A stretch of 47,934 nucleotides of DNA from the NCBI GenBank assembly GCA_964613215.1, contig CAZTHK010000026.1, forward strand, positions 1 through 47,934, read 5' to 3'. This DNA is from an uncultured bacterium. Lineage in GTDB: Bacteria; Krumholzibacteriota; Krumholzibacteriia; Krumholzibacteriales; CAZTHK01. Shown here piece after piece: positions 38,062-47,526 of the stretch (its first letter is position 1; each line of letters opens with the position of its first letter). The notes below the pieces were generated by a model that had not been told where the DNA came from, made no database searches, and saw only the letters and a list, made by a program, of their open reading frames with translations. A program made the position numbers and the translations under genes.

Positions 38062-39387
38062 TCACACAGACCGGATAAAAATCCCGAAAACTCCTCCCCT
38101 GATCAACCTGATTATACCGAAAAATCCTGCTGAGGCAAATATAGCCATAACCGGTTCCACCGGAATTCTGGCCCGGAGGGAGCCGAAGAATATCATGGCG
38201 ATCAGCGTGTGAACAAGTATGACAGAATATAGAGGCATTAAAAGTTTATATTTCCCTGCAGTCAGCACCACGCCGGCTAAAAACAGGGGTATAATCACCA
38301 CCGAAAACATATAACCCGCATCCAGTGAACTGGCCAGCCTCCCCAGAAACCTGTTCTTATCCCACCACCATCCACTCCCTACCCCGCTCAAACCCACATC
38401 ACTCTTCAACCTCCAGGTGCGGGCAAACCTGCTGGCAGCCAGGGAGAGGAATTTGCCGGGATTGCGGCGAACGTACTCCATACCCATCTCCCATGCCAAC
38501 CGGTCGCTCTCCACCTCTTCAGCCCTCCTGATCTTATCCCATCCGGGAAGGGTATGATGGGGCGCCACCCCCCCTCTGTACCCGTCTTCCCGGTAAACCA
38601 CCGGGTTGTTTCCCTGATAGAAAGTGATACCGCCATGGGTGGTAAACATAACACTCTCCCCCATGGCAACCCTGTTTCTCACCGCCCACACGGAGGTGAT
38701 CATCACTGCCGCTGCAATGAATACAGCCCCCCGTGCCAGCCGGCCGGTCAGTCTTCCCCTTCCCACAACCACTATTACCAGAAAGAGCAATCCTGCCATG
38801 AGAATGGCGGCCGGCCGGGCCAGAACACAGAGACCCATAACCAGGCCGGTGTAAAAGAATCTTCTCTTACTGTTTTCTGAACTTCTGAGAGCACCCGTCA
38901 GCAGGATGATGCTTGCCAGCATCAGGCAAATATAAAGATTCTCGGTGAGAAGATAGCCGCTGATGAATATCAGGAAGGGATTGACAGCCACCACCCCCAT
39001 TGCCAGCAACGGAATATCCCCGGAAAAGAACCTCCCGGCAAGCAGAAAAATCAGCAGCACCACCAGCACCCCCAGTATTATCTGGAACACCCTCCCAACC
39101 CCATAACCCTCCCCGAACAGACTGTATACCCCGGCCAGAAGAACCGGATAGAGGGGAGGCCTTTTAGCGGTGGGCCTCCCGCCGGGCCAGGCAAAACCAT
39201 TACCCTCACTGAGGGAAACCGCCAGATTGTGATAATCCTCCTCGTCCCCTCTCAGGGGGGCGTGAAATCCTATAACGGCAGTGCAGAAGATGATTCTGGC
39301 TACCACCGCCAGCAGTAGCAGAACCCAGAATATTATTATTCTATTGCTCTTCATTCCCTTTAGCATATTACCTGCATTTTGATTCAA
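38062..39387 (-). CDS. GT39/GT83-like (ArnT / PMT_2 family) membrane glycosyltransferase
   Basis: Signature first periplasmic loop PLRGDEEDYHNLAVSLSEGNGF and about 11 TM helices. The start may be one of the downstream Mets at codon 8 or 12. Confidence 0.7.
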   Translation of the reverse strand: MNQNAGNMLKGMKSNRIIIFWVLLLLAVVARIIFCTAVIGFHAPLRGDEEDYHNLAVSLSEGNGFAWPGGRPTAKRPPLYPVLLAGVYSLFGEGYGVGRVFQIILGVLVVLLIFLLAGRFFSGDIPLLAMGVVAVNPFLIFISGYLLTENLYICLMLASIILLTGALRSSENSKRRFFYTGLVMGLCVLARPAAILMAGLLFLVIVVVGRGRLTGRLARGAVFIAAAVMITSVWAVRNRVAMGESVMFTTHGGITFYQGNNPVVYREDGYRGGVAPHHTLPGWDKIRRAEEVESDRLAWEMGMEYVRRNPGKFLSLAASRFARTWRLKSDVGLSGVGSGWWWDKNRFLGRLASSLDAGYMFSVVIIPLFLAGVVLTAGKYKLLMPLYSVILVHTLIAMIFFGSLRARIPVEPVMAIFASAGFFGIIRLIRGGVFGIFIRSV

Positions 39388-39538
39388 ACAGTTTCATCTG
39401 CTTTTTAATTAATTTATTAACCATCACCATCAACTTATCAATTTATCACCGGTGCCTTTCAATTTCCTTCCTGCTTCAATCAGCTGCCGGACCGGTCCGG
39501 TGAGCACACCGGAAACTCTTCACCTCTCAGCCAGCAAT

Positions 39539-41653
39539 CTATTCCTGATCATCACCGGAAGCCTTTTTGCTTCCCCCCCGTTTCAACCACTGGTCGAACC
39601 AGTCCAGAATGGATGCATACCAGAAGCGCTGATTATGGGGCTGGAGAATCCAGTGATCCTCATCGGGAAAGCGGATCATCCTGGAGGGAACCCCCTCCCT
39701 CTGCAGAGCGGTAAACATGGTTTCCCCGCCGGTTATGGGAACCCGGTAATCCAGCTCCCCGTGTATAATAAGATGGGGAGTGCTGAAATTGGCTGCATAT
39801 CTGACCGGGGCGAACCTGTCAGCCAGTTCCGGCTTGTCCCAGGGGGTGCCGTAGAATTCCCATTCGGGAAACCACAGCTCATCGGTGGAACCGTAGGAAC
39901 ACCACTGTTCCACCTCTCCGGCGTGAGATACCAGCACAGAGAACATACCATCCTGATTATGTCCCTGAAGCCAGTTACATACAAATCCTCCGAAGGAGCC
40001 GCCCCATGCTCCCACCCTTTCCGGGTCGATCCAGGAGTTGTTCTCCAGTACGTAAGCTACTCCCTTCTTGATATCCTCTATCACTCTTCCTCCCCAATCG
40101 CCCCTTATCTGGTCGGTAAACTTCTGGCCATAGCCGGTAGAGCCGCGGGGATTGCAGAAAAACACGGCATACCCCGCACCGGAGAAGAGGGCATACTCGG
40201 TGCGGTATGCATAGCCGAACATCTGCTGAGGCCCTCCGTGTATTCTCACCATCAGTGGATACTTCCGGGAAGAATCAAAACCGGCCGGCTTTACCAGAAA
40301 ACCATGCACTCCGGTCCCGTCCGCTCCGGGAAACCACACCTCCGTGGCATCGGGGAAATGGTGATCCCGGTAGATTTCCCGGTTTATCCGGGTCAGCTGT
40401 TTTACATCCATGCCCCGGCGGTTACATCTGAACAATTCGTAGTAATGAGTCATGGGACGGTACCGGTAGGCAAAGAATTTCTCCTCCGGTCCCGGCTGTA
40501 CACTGAGATGATAACCCCGTCCCGAGGGACCGCTGCCTCCCACTACGGCTTCCACCTCTCCCCCTTCCCGGGATACCCTGAACAGGTTGATATCACCCTG
40601 GTCTTCGGCCGAAAAATAGAGGCTCTCCTCATCATCAGCCCAGAACAGCGAGCCTACACTACGGTCAAAACCCGGGGTCAGGCTCACCGGCTCTCCGTCC
40701 GGCAGTTCCATGATCATCAGCTGATACCGGTCTGATTCATAGCCCGGTCTCCGGCTGGCCCGGTAGGCCAGGTATCTGCCGGAGGGGGACACACGGGGAT
40801 GAGTATCAGCCGCCGGATTTCCGGTAATCTTCTCCACCTCCCCCCCATCCAGTGCAACCCTCCAGATCTCCTCATTGTAGGATACCGCCTGATCCTCGTC
40901 CTGTTTGCCGGAGAAATATATCATCTCCCCGTCCGGGGTCAGGTCGAAATCCCTGCCCGCCGAAGCCAGCCAGTAGGTGAGAGCATCGAACTTCAACCCC
41001 GGGGTGAGATCCCTGGGGGCTCCCCCCTCCGCCGGAATGTAGAAAAGGTGCTGCACCTTCCCGTCATCGTAACTGTCCCAGTGCCGGTACATCAGGCTCT
41101 GGTGAACCATGGCGGTAACCTTATCTTCCTCCTTCTCCCTGTCCTTCTCCCTGATACAGTCAGGGTCTTCACAGTCCGGATATATCCGGGCGGTAAATAT
41201 CATTCCCTCTCCGTCCGTAGTCCACATCATCTCTCCCACTCCCCCGGGGAAACCGGTCAGCTTCCTGGCCTCTCCCCCCCCGAAGGGCAGAAGGTAGATC
41301 TGGGTATCCTCTCCTCTGCCGGAGAGAAAGGCTATGGTGCTCCCATCTGGCGACCACACCGGATGATTGTCGCTCTCATCGCTGGTGGTCATCCTTCTGG
41401 GCTCTCCCCCCTGCGATGATACCACCCATATATCGGAATTCTTCCCGTTCTCCTCAAAATCGGTGACCGTTACTACATATGCCACCCACTCGCCATCCGG
41501 GGAGATCCGGGGACTGTCCAGACGCTTAAGCTTCCAAATATCATCCGGGGTCCATGGTTTCTTATCCCCTGCCGAAGGTCCGGATGCAGTTACAGCCAGA
41601 AGAGTTATCACCACGGCCATAATTACTGCGCAGCGTATACCCGAAGATTTCAT
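39539..41653 (-). CDS. Secreted S9 family serine peptidase with N-terminal beta-propeller
   Basis: Signal peptide, propeller repeats (SPDGEWVAY, SPDGSTIAF), GGSFGGF nucleophile motif, alpha/beta-hydrolase domain. Confidence 0.85.
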   Translation of the reverse strand: MKSSGIRCAVIMAVVITLLAVTASGPSAGDKKPWTPDDIWKLKRLDSPRISPDGEWVAYVVTVTDFEENGKNSDIWVVSSQGGEPRRMTTSDESDNHPVWSPDGSTIAFLSGRGEDTQIYLLPFGGGEARKLTGFPGGVGEMMWTTDGEGMIFTARIYPDCEDPDCIREKDREKEEDKVTAMVHQSLMYRHWDSYDDGKVQHLFYIPAEGGAPRDLTPGLKFDALTYWLASAGRDFDLTPDGEMIYFSGKQDEDQAVSYNEEIWRVALDGGEVEKITGNPAADTHPRVSPSGRYLAYRASRRPGYESDRYQLMIMELPDGEPVSLTPGFDRSVGSLFWADDEESLYFSAEDQGDINLFRVSREGGEVEAVVGGSGPSGRGYHLSVQPGPEEKFFAYRYRPMTHYYELFRCNRRGMDVKQLTRINREIYRDHHFPDATEVWFPGADGTGVHGFLVKPAGFDSSRKYPLMVRIHGGPQQMFGYAYRTEYALFSGAGYAVFFCNPRGSTGYGQKFTDQIRGDWGGRVIEDIKKGVAYVLENNSWIDPERVGAWGGSFGGFVCNWLQGHNQDGMFSVLVSHAGEVEQWCSYGSTDELWFPEWEFYGTPWDKPELADRFAPVRYAANFSTPHLIIHGELDYRVPITGGETMFTALQREGVPSRMIRFPDEDHWILQPHNQRFWYASILDWFDQWLKRGGSKKASGDDQE

Positions 41654-41820
41654 GTTTACTCCTTCCGGTTCATCTTAATCCTGAAGGGAAGCAATGGATA
41701 CCGGGGGCAGCCGGTGCTGCCTGCAAAATAAATAATTATGCTTTTCACTTTTTATTGCTGTGATCCATGGGCAGTGTAAATTCATATAAACCCGGCCGTC
41801 AAACCACCTCCTGATAAGTA

Positions 41821-42879
41821 TCACAGCAGAAAGATCCTGTTTTCCCTGCACTGCTCTATCATGGAGGCGGGCCATACTCCCGCCTGTACCTCTCCGATGT
41901 GCGCCTTGCGCAGAAACATCATACAGAGCCTGGACTGTCCTATTCCTCCCCCGATGGTGAGGGGAAGTTTCCCCTCCAGAACGCAGCGGTGAAAGTAGAG
42001 CTCTTTCCTGTCACTTTCCCCCTTGATCTCCAGCTGTCTCAGTAAGGCCGCCCTGTCCACCCTTATCCCCATGGAGGAAAGCTCGAAGGCACATTCCAGG
42101 GGGGGATACCATACCAGTATATCCCCGTTCAGGCCCCTTCTACCCTCCCCGGTGGGGGTGGACCAGTCGTCATAGTCGGCCGCCCTGGGATCATGGGGAC
42201 GCCCGTCACTCAACTCAGCGCCTATGCCGGTTATGAACACAGCCCCCCACTCTCTGCAGATTTCCCTCTCCCGATCCTGCGGATCCAGACGGGGATACCT
42301 CTCCAGCAGCTCCTCACTGTGAATGAATCTTAGCTCAGGGGGAAGAAAGGAATGACCCACCTCACTGAACAGATCGCATACATTCTTCTCCATCTCCCTG
42401 ATAGAATGATATATCCTGTTCACCACCTCCCGGAGGAAATCCAGATTACGCTCCCGGCCGGTTATCACCCTCTCCCAGTCCCACTGGTCCACATAGATGG
42501 AATGGAGGTTGTCCAGGACTTCGCCCGGCCGGACCGCATTCATATCTGTATACAGGCCCTCCCCGGAGGAGAAGCCGTAGTTGGCCAGAGCTACCCTCTT
42601 CCACTTGGCCAGCGACTGCACTATCTCCACTTCTTCATCCAGGTGGGCAAGACTGAACCTCACCGGCTCCTCGCTGCCGCTGAGGTAATCGTTGATTCCG
42701 CTACTGCGGGTTACGAAAATGGGGGCCGACACCCTGGTAAGGTTAAGTTCCAGGGCCAGTCTCTCCTGAAAATCATTCTTGATGAACCGGATGGCCTCCT
42801 CGGTCCGGCGGAGGCCCAGGGGGGGATGATACCCCTCCGGAATGGTCAGAGAGTAGTTCTTATCCCGGAGCTTTCTCAC
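41821..42879 (-). CDS. asnA: Aspartate--ammonia ligase (asparagine synthetase A)
   Basis: Near-colinear with E. coli AsnA: HSIYVDQWDWERV, DYDDWSTP, LNGDILVWYP, TIGGGIGQSRL. GTG start with AAGGGAG RBS. GTGA overlap with the def stop. Confidence 0.85.
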   Translation of the reverse strand: MRKLRDKNYSLTIPEGYHPPLGLRRTEEAIRFIKNDFQERLALELNLTRVSAPIFVTRSSGINDYLSGSEEPVRFSLAHLDEEVEIVQSLAKWKRVALANYGFSSGEGLYTDMNAVRPGEVLDNLHSIYVDQWDWERVITGRERNLDFLREVVNRIYHSIREMEKNVCDLFSEVGHSFLPPELRFIHSEELLERYPRLDPQDREREICREWGAVFITGIGAELSDGRPHDPRAADYDDWSTPTGEGRRGLNGDILVWYPPLECAFELSSMGIRVDRAALLRQLEIKGESDRKELYFHRCVLEGKLPLTIGGGIGQSRLCMMFLRKAHIGEVQAGVWPASMIEQCRENRIFLL

Positions 42880-43376
42880 TTAATGTGCTCCCTTTCACTC
42901 CCGAGGGCAAAACTCCCGCTGTCCACAGCCTTCATAACCGCAAGGATTCCTACCAGGTGATCGCATTCATGCTGCAGCAGTTCGGATAGGTCATCCTCCA
43001 GTTTCATCTCCCTGTTCCTGCCTTTCAGATCCATAAACTCGATCCAGCAGCTCCGGTGCCTTCTGACCTTTACCAGAAGGCCGGGGAAGGACATACAGTC
43101 ATCCCAGAGTTCCATCATGCTGTCGGATTTACCGCTAAGGCGGGGATTGATAAATACCAGCGGTTCTCCGGTATCCATATATATCAGCCGTTTCATCTCC
43201 CCTATCTGGGGAGCGGCTATGGCTCTACCCACCCCGTATCTCTCCCTGAAAGCTGCCATGGTGTCACGGAGATCGGCAACAATATCCCTGATACCTTCCA
43301 GTTCATTCTTTTTAACCGGAGATGAAACCCGGTAGAGTAGAGGGTTACCCAGCAGCAGAATGTCCCTCACAGCCAT
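42876..43376 (-). CDS. def: Peptide deformylase with variant motif II (DDCMS instead of EGCLS)
   Basis: Motif I GVGRAIAAPQ, motif II DDCMSFPG (metal-ligand Cys retained), motif III HECDH. The start is the ATG at 43376 with AGGAG RBS. The longer ORF to 43499 is discarded. Confidence 0.8.
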   Translation of the reverse strand: MAVRDILLLGNPLLYRVSSPVKKNELEGIRDIVADLRDTMAAFRERYGVGRAIAAPQIGEMKRLIYMDTGEPLVFINPRLSGKSDSMMELWDDCMSFPGLLVKVRRHRSCWIEFMDLKGRNREMKLEDDLSELLQHECDHLVGILAVMKAVDSGSFALGSEREHIK

Positions 43377-43392
43377 ATCAAGCTCCTGGCAG

Positions 43393-44880
43393 TTACCCGC
43401 CGGCTTTCTTCGTCTCAACAAATGATTCCGGCACTGTTCTGACTGCCGTCTCCATCTCCCCGGTGCTCCTGCTCCCCTTCCAACCGGAATATTCACCATT
43501 CCAGCAGTACAGGCAGAGTTTATTCCTTGGCAACCCGATAGCCTTGACCATATCCTCGATGGTCTGGTATCTAAGGGTGGATACCTGCAGGTCCTCAGCT
43601 ATCCATTCCACCATCCGGGCGTATTCCTCCGTCCGGTGATTAACATATCCGGAAACATCCTCCACCTCTCCACCTTCGATACTTCGGATGGCCCGGCGGG
43701 CAGCCAGCTCATCGATATCCCTGGTGGAAAGATTGAACCGGCAGGGGAACATCAGCGGCGGGCAGGCGGGCCGGACATGTATCTTTCTGGCACCCGCCTC
43801 CCACAGTTTTTTTACCGTGAAATTCTTGAGCTGGGTTCCACGTACAACTGAATCCTCACACAGCACAATCTGGTTATCCCTGATAATCTCCTTATTGGGT
43901 ACCAGTTTCATCCTGGCCACATGATCCCTGGTAGCCTGGGAGGGGGGTATGTAGCTGCGGCCGTAACCGGGGGTATACTTTACCAGGGGACGCCGGTACG
44001 GTTTTCCCGATTCCATTGCGTATCCCACCGCATGCCCCACTCCGGAATCGGGCACCCCGGCCACCACATCCACCTCTATATCATCATCCCTTCTGGCCAG
44101 GTATCTGCCGCATCTTTCCCTCACAGTCTCAACATTGATTCCCTTATAGCAGGTAGTCGGAAAACCGGTATATATCCACAGAAATGCACATATCTGCTCC
44201 TCCTCCCCGCTGCCGACCCTCTGGTGTATTCCATCCCGGTCTACGAAAACCACCTCTCCGGGACCCAGAAATTTCTCTATCCTGAAACCATTGTTCAGGA
44301 AGGCGGTGGTCTCGGAGGTAACCGCCCAGCCTCCCTTACCCTTTCCTATGGTCAGGGGAAAGTAACCCAGCCGGTCCCTGGCAGCGTATAATCCATCCTC
44401 CCTCAGGATCAGCAGGGAGCAGGAACCTTCGATCATCCCGAACATCCTCTCTATCCCGTCTACGATATCATCCCCCTGGCTGATCAGCTTGGCCACCAGC
44501 TCGGTCATGTTGATTCCGTTACTGCCCACCTCACTGAAGGTAATCCCCCTGCTCATCAGATCCGAGGCCAGCTCGCCGGCGTTGTCTATATAACCGTCGG
44601 TAACCAGGCAGAATGGGCCCGATCTGGAATTGAGGAAGATGGGCTGTTCGTCCATGGCGCTGATTACCCCGATCCCCAGATTGCCCCTCACCCTGTTGAT
44701 ATCCTCATAGAATTTGGACTTGAACTGCGACTGGTTGATATTATGAATCTGCCGGTTGAATCCATCCCCGTAAACTGCTATGCCGCCGAACTGAGTTCCC
44801 AGGTGAGAATGATAATCAACCCCGTACATCAGAACATCGGTACAATCACTTTCTGAAACAACTCCGAAAAGCCCGCTCAT
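43393..44880 (-). CDS. Amidophosphoribosyltransferase (PurF)-like class-II amidotransferase/PRTase with Ser replacing the Cys1 nucleophile
   Basis: Glutaminase-domain fold, PRPP-binding VLCEDSVVRGTQ, probable Fe-S cysteines (PACPPLMFPC). N-terminus is MSGLFGVV, not MCGIVG. GGAGG RBS 6 nt upstream leaves no alternative start. The YGID loop is replaced by FNLS. Confidence 0.8.
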   Translation of the reverse strand: MSGLFGVVSESDCTDVLMYGVDYHSHLGTQFGGIAVYGDGFNRQIHNINQSQFKSKFYEDINRVRGNLGIGVISAMDEQPIFLNSRSGPFCLVTDGYIDNAGELASDLMSRGITFSEVGSNGINMTELVAKLISQGDDIVDGIERMFGMIEGSCSLLILREDGLYAARDRLGYFPLTIGKGKGGWAVTSETTAFLNNGFRIEKFLGPGEVVFVDRDGIHQRVGSGEEEQICAFLWIYTGFPTTCYKGINVETVRERCGRYLARRDDDIEVDVVAGVPDSGVGHAVGYAMESGKPYRRPLVKYTPGYGRSYIPPSQATRDHVARMKLVPNKEIIRDNQIVLCEDSVVRGTQLKNFTVKKLWEAGARKIHVRPACPPLMFPCRFNLSTRDIDELAARRAIRSIEGGEVEDVSGYVNHRTEEYARMVEWIAEDLQVSTLRYQTIEDMVKAIGLPRNKLCLYCWNGEYSGWKGSRSTGEMETAVRTVPESFVETKKAGG

Positions 44881-44977
44881 TGATAACCTCCGACAACTCT
44901 CATAATCAAGGATAAAAAAATATAGTATAAAAAAAGGGCGGGTAACTCAACCATTTTTATGGTTCCTTCTCTTTTGC

Positions 44978-45051
44978 GGTTTCAGTGTCGAAACCAGGCG
45001 AGCCATGCATGAATATATTAATTGACTTTTTCCGGTTTCAGCGGTGAAACC
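44978..45051. promoter_or_regulatory. Two tandem inverted repeats GGTTTCAG-N5-GAAACC (centres 56 bp apart) in the 5-prime region of the purF-like operon
   Basis: 44978-44995 is GGTTTCAGTGTCGAAACC. 45034-45051 is GGTTTCAGCGGTGAAACC. Both sit inside a 27-nt direct repeat (TTTTNCGGTTTCAGNGNNGAAACCAG). Confidence 0.4.
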
Positions 45052-45171
45052 AGATGACGGATAAATTGCCGCTGGCAGAATTAACCGGAATCTAAATCAA
45101 TTAATCTAATTCAGTTCCGACGTCGGACTGATATTATGTTAACCAATGTCATGTTATCTACGGAATCAGGC

Positions 45172-45420
45172 TTATCTGCGAAGTTTGCCCGGAATTATGA
45201 TAATAATCAGGGCCGCTGCCAGCACCAGTACCATTAAGCGGATACCCAACAGCCGGCCTTGCTGATTGTACCGTAAGCCCTGACAGGAAGGGCACAACGC
45301 CATCACTGGTGAAGTAACGAGCCGGATCAATAAAGTGAGTATTTCGCTCAACCTGTTTGCAACAGATAAAAACACATCAACAGGAGCTGCAGGGATATCT
45401 GTTTTCTGTTGACAAGCCAC
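45172..45420 (-). CDS. Small hypothetical membrane protein (82 aa), doubtful
   Basis: C-terminal hydrophobic helix LMVLVLAAALIIIII. Lies in an AT-rich intergenic island upstream of the purF-like operon. No clear RBS. Confidence 0.25.
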   Translation of the reverse strand: MACQQKTDIPAAPVDVFLSVANRLSEILTLLIRLVTSPVMALCPSCQGLRYNQQGRLLGIRLMVLVLAAALIIIIIPGKLRR

Positions 45421-45697
45421 CTCTATTAGCTTTTATGTGCTTTGCGATATTTGTGAAACTACTTGAAATAGACATATAGCTATCTCCCCAAAGCTTCGGT
45501 ATATTTTTCAGCTGATCCTTCCCGGAAAATTTGGTGTAATAATTTTTTCCGTATGTTAACGTACCAGTTGCTGAAATTAATATCTGTCCGGTGCTTTACT
45601 TTCGGGATATTATCAAATCTATGAGTTGTATCCTTTCCGGCATGCGCCCGGCTACCGGAAAGATGCTGTGGTTAAACCTTTAACCGGGGAGAGTAAC

Positions 45698-46660
45698 ATG
45701 GATGATGAAATGTATAAGGCCGCACATACTGCCTTGAAGGACTGCATGAAGCTCAAAAGTGACGAGCTGCTGCTGGTGGTAACCGACACCGAGCTGGAGA
45801 AGATAGGAGAGGCCTTCTTCAAGGCCGGCAAAGCACTTGATGCCGTGCCCATGATTATCAAGATGTACCCCCTGAGCCGGAACGGGGAAGAACCGCCCGG
45901 GACGGTAAGCCGGGCTATGGCAAACAGTGACGTGGTGGTAGCACCCACCGCCATGTCCATCACCCATACCGGGGCCAGAAGGAATGCCTGTTCCGCCGGA
46001 GCCAGGGTGGCCACCATGCCCGGTATTACCGAGGACACCATGATCCGGGGTCTCAATGCCGATTACTACGCTATCGCCGAGAGAACCAGGAGGATGGCGG
46101 AGATACTGGACTCGGCGGATACAGCTCATATAACCACCCCTCTGGGCACAGACATAACCATTCCGATCAAGGGAATCAAATCCATAGCCTCTACCGGACT
46201 GATGCACGAACCGGGGTCCTTCGGGAATCTGCCCTCCGGGGAGGCCTATCTGATGCCGGTGGAGGGTGCCAGTGAAGGGGTATTCATAGTGGATGGCTCC
46301 ATGGCCGGGATAGGAAATCTTCAGGGCAAGACCCCCATTACCATAAAGGTGGAGAAGGGGATGGCCACCGGGATAACCGGAGGACCGGAGGCGGATGAAC
46401 TGCGGGAAAAACTGGAATCGGTAGGACCCAAAGCATTCAACACCGCCGAGCTGGGGATAGGAACAAATGATGCCGCTACCATCGTAGGAACCATCCTGGA
46501 GGATGAAAAGGTCATGGGTACAGTCCATATTGCTCTGGGAAACAATATGTCCATGGGGGGAACGGTGAATGTTCCCATACACCTGGACGGGGTAATGAAC
46601 CAACCCACCCTGGAGCTGGATGGCAAAGTTATAATGAAGGAGGGCAAGCTGAATATCTAG
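45698..46660 (+). CDS. M29-family (aminopeptidase T / AmpS-like) metallo-aminopeptidase, short form
   Basis: Blocks matching Thermus aminopeptidase T: GTDITIP, NLPSGEAYLMP, HIALGNN, IHLDGV. Start at 45698 with GGAGAG RBS. Confidence 0.65.
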   Translation: MDDEMYKAAHTALKDCMKLKSDELLLVVTDTELEKIGEAFFKAGKALDAVPMIIKMYPLSRNGEEPPGTVSRAMANSDVVVAPTAMSITHTGARRNACSAGARVATMPGITEDTMIRGLNADYYAIAERTRRMAEILDSADTAHITTPLGTDITIPIKGIKSIASTGLMHEPGSFGNLPSGEAYLMPVEGASEGVFIVDGSMAGIGNLQGKTPITIKVEKGMATGITGGPEADELREKLESVGPKAFNTAELGIGTNDAATIVGTILEDEKVMGTVHIALGNNMSMGGTVNVPIHLDGVMNQPTLELDGKVIMKEGKLNI

Positions 46661-46902
46661 TCCCGGTCTGCAAGAAATATATCTGGATCTGTGTTGATAT
46701 GTCCGGCGGCGGATATCTCTCTGTATTTTGACCGGTTGTTAATGCTATCAACCGTAATGTTATTAATTCCGGAACAGCCGAATTTGCCGGTTTTACCAAA
46801 TCCGGTAATATTCATCCCGGTCAATTTTACTTTTACGATATGCAGCCGGTTAAAACATCCGCTCAACAGCATGATCTGCCACATTCTGAAAAGGGAGAAT
46901 AA

Positions 46903-47526
46903 TTGCGTATAGTAATAACCGGCAAACCGGGTTCGGGCAAGGGTACCCAGGCAAGACTTCTCTCACAGAAATTCGGTCTGGAACACCTCTCCAGCGGAGA
47001 GATACTCCGCCGTGAAATCAGCGAGGGAACCCCTCTGGGCAAAAAGGTGGAGGAATATGTCAGAAGGGGTGAGATCGGTCCGGGGGAACTGATAGCCCGG
47101 GCAGTTCTGAATCACATGGAGAAGAAGGGAGCCGGCGGCAACTATGTACTGGATGGATTCCCACGCACACTGCAGCAGGCCGGGGAGCTGGACAGAAAAT
47201 TCCCTCCCTCCGTATGCATTTTGCTCTCAGTTCCCAATGAGGCGGTCATCTCACGGCTCTCCGGGCGGATGAACTGCCCCCGCTGCGGAGCGGTTTATCA
47301 GTCAGGTCTCTCGGAAAAAAATACGAATTCCCGCTGTGATCAATGTGGGGCAATCCTGGTCAGGAGAAAGGACGATACGCCCGAATCGATAAACCGCCGC
47401 CTGGAAGTATTCCGGAAGGATATGACCCCGGTTATAGATTTCTACAGGGAATCGGGCCGTCTGGCAGAGGTGGACGGAACTACACCTCCGGAGGATGTAC
47501 ATATTCAGATTGCCGGTCTCCTGTAA
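46903..47526 (+). CDS. adk: Adenylate kinase with zinc-binding LID
   Basis: P-loop GKPGSGKGTQA, LID CPRCG ... CDQCG. TTG start with AAGGGAG RBS. Confidence 0.9.
   Translation: MRIVITGKPGSGKGTQARLLSQKFGLEHLSSGEILRREISEGTPLGKKVEEYVRRGEIGPGELIARAVLNHMEKKGAGGNYVLDGFPRTLQQAGELDRKFPPSVCILLSVPNEAVISRLSGRMNCPRCGAVYQSGLSEKNTNSRCDQCGAILVRRKDDTPESINRRLEVFRKDMTPVIDFYRESGRLAEVDGTTPPEDVHIQIAGLL

Noticed and set aside
39452-40735. 427-aa plus-strand ORF
   Set aside because: Entirely antisense to the well-supported S9 peptidase gene. Typical GC-rich antisense open frame with no motifs.
44881-45171. A ZTP (pfl) or purine riboswitch in the purF-like leader
   Set aside because: Only fragmentary resemblance (CGCCTGG, GTTTC). 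The conserved pfl pseudoknot and purine-riboswitch junction sequences could not be aligned. The tandem palindromes fit a protein operator better.
45680-46603. 307-aa minus-strand ORF
   Set aside because: Antisense to the M29 aminopeptidase. Low-complexity Gly/His/Pro-rich translation with no RBS.
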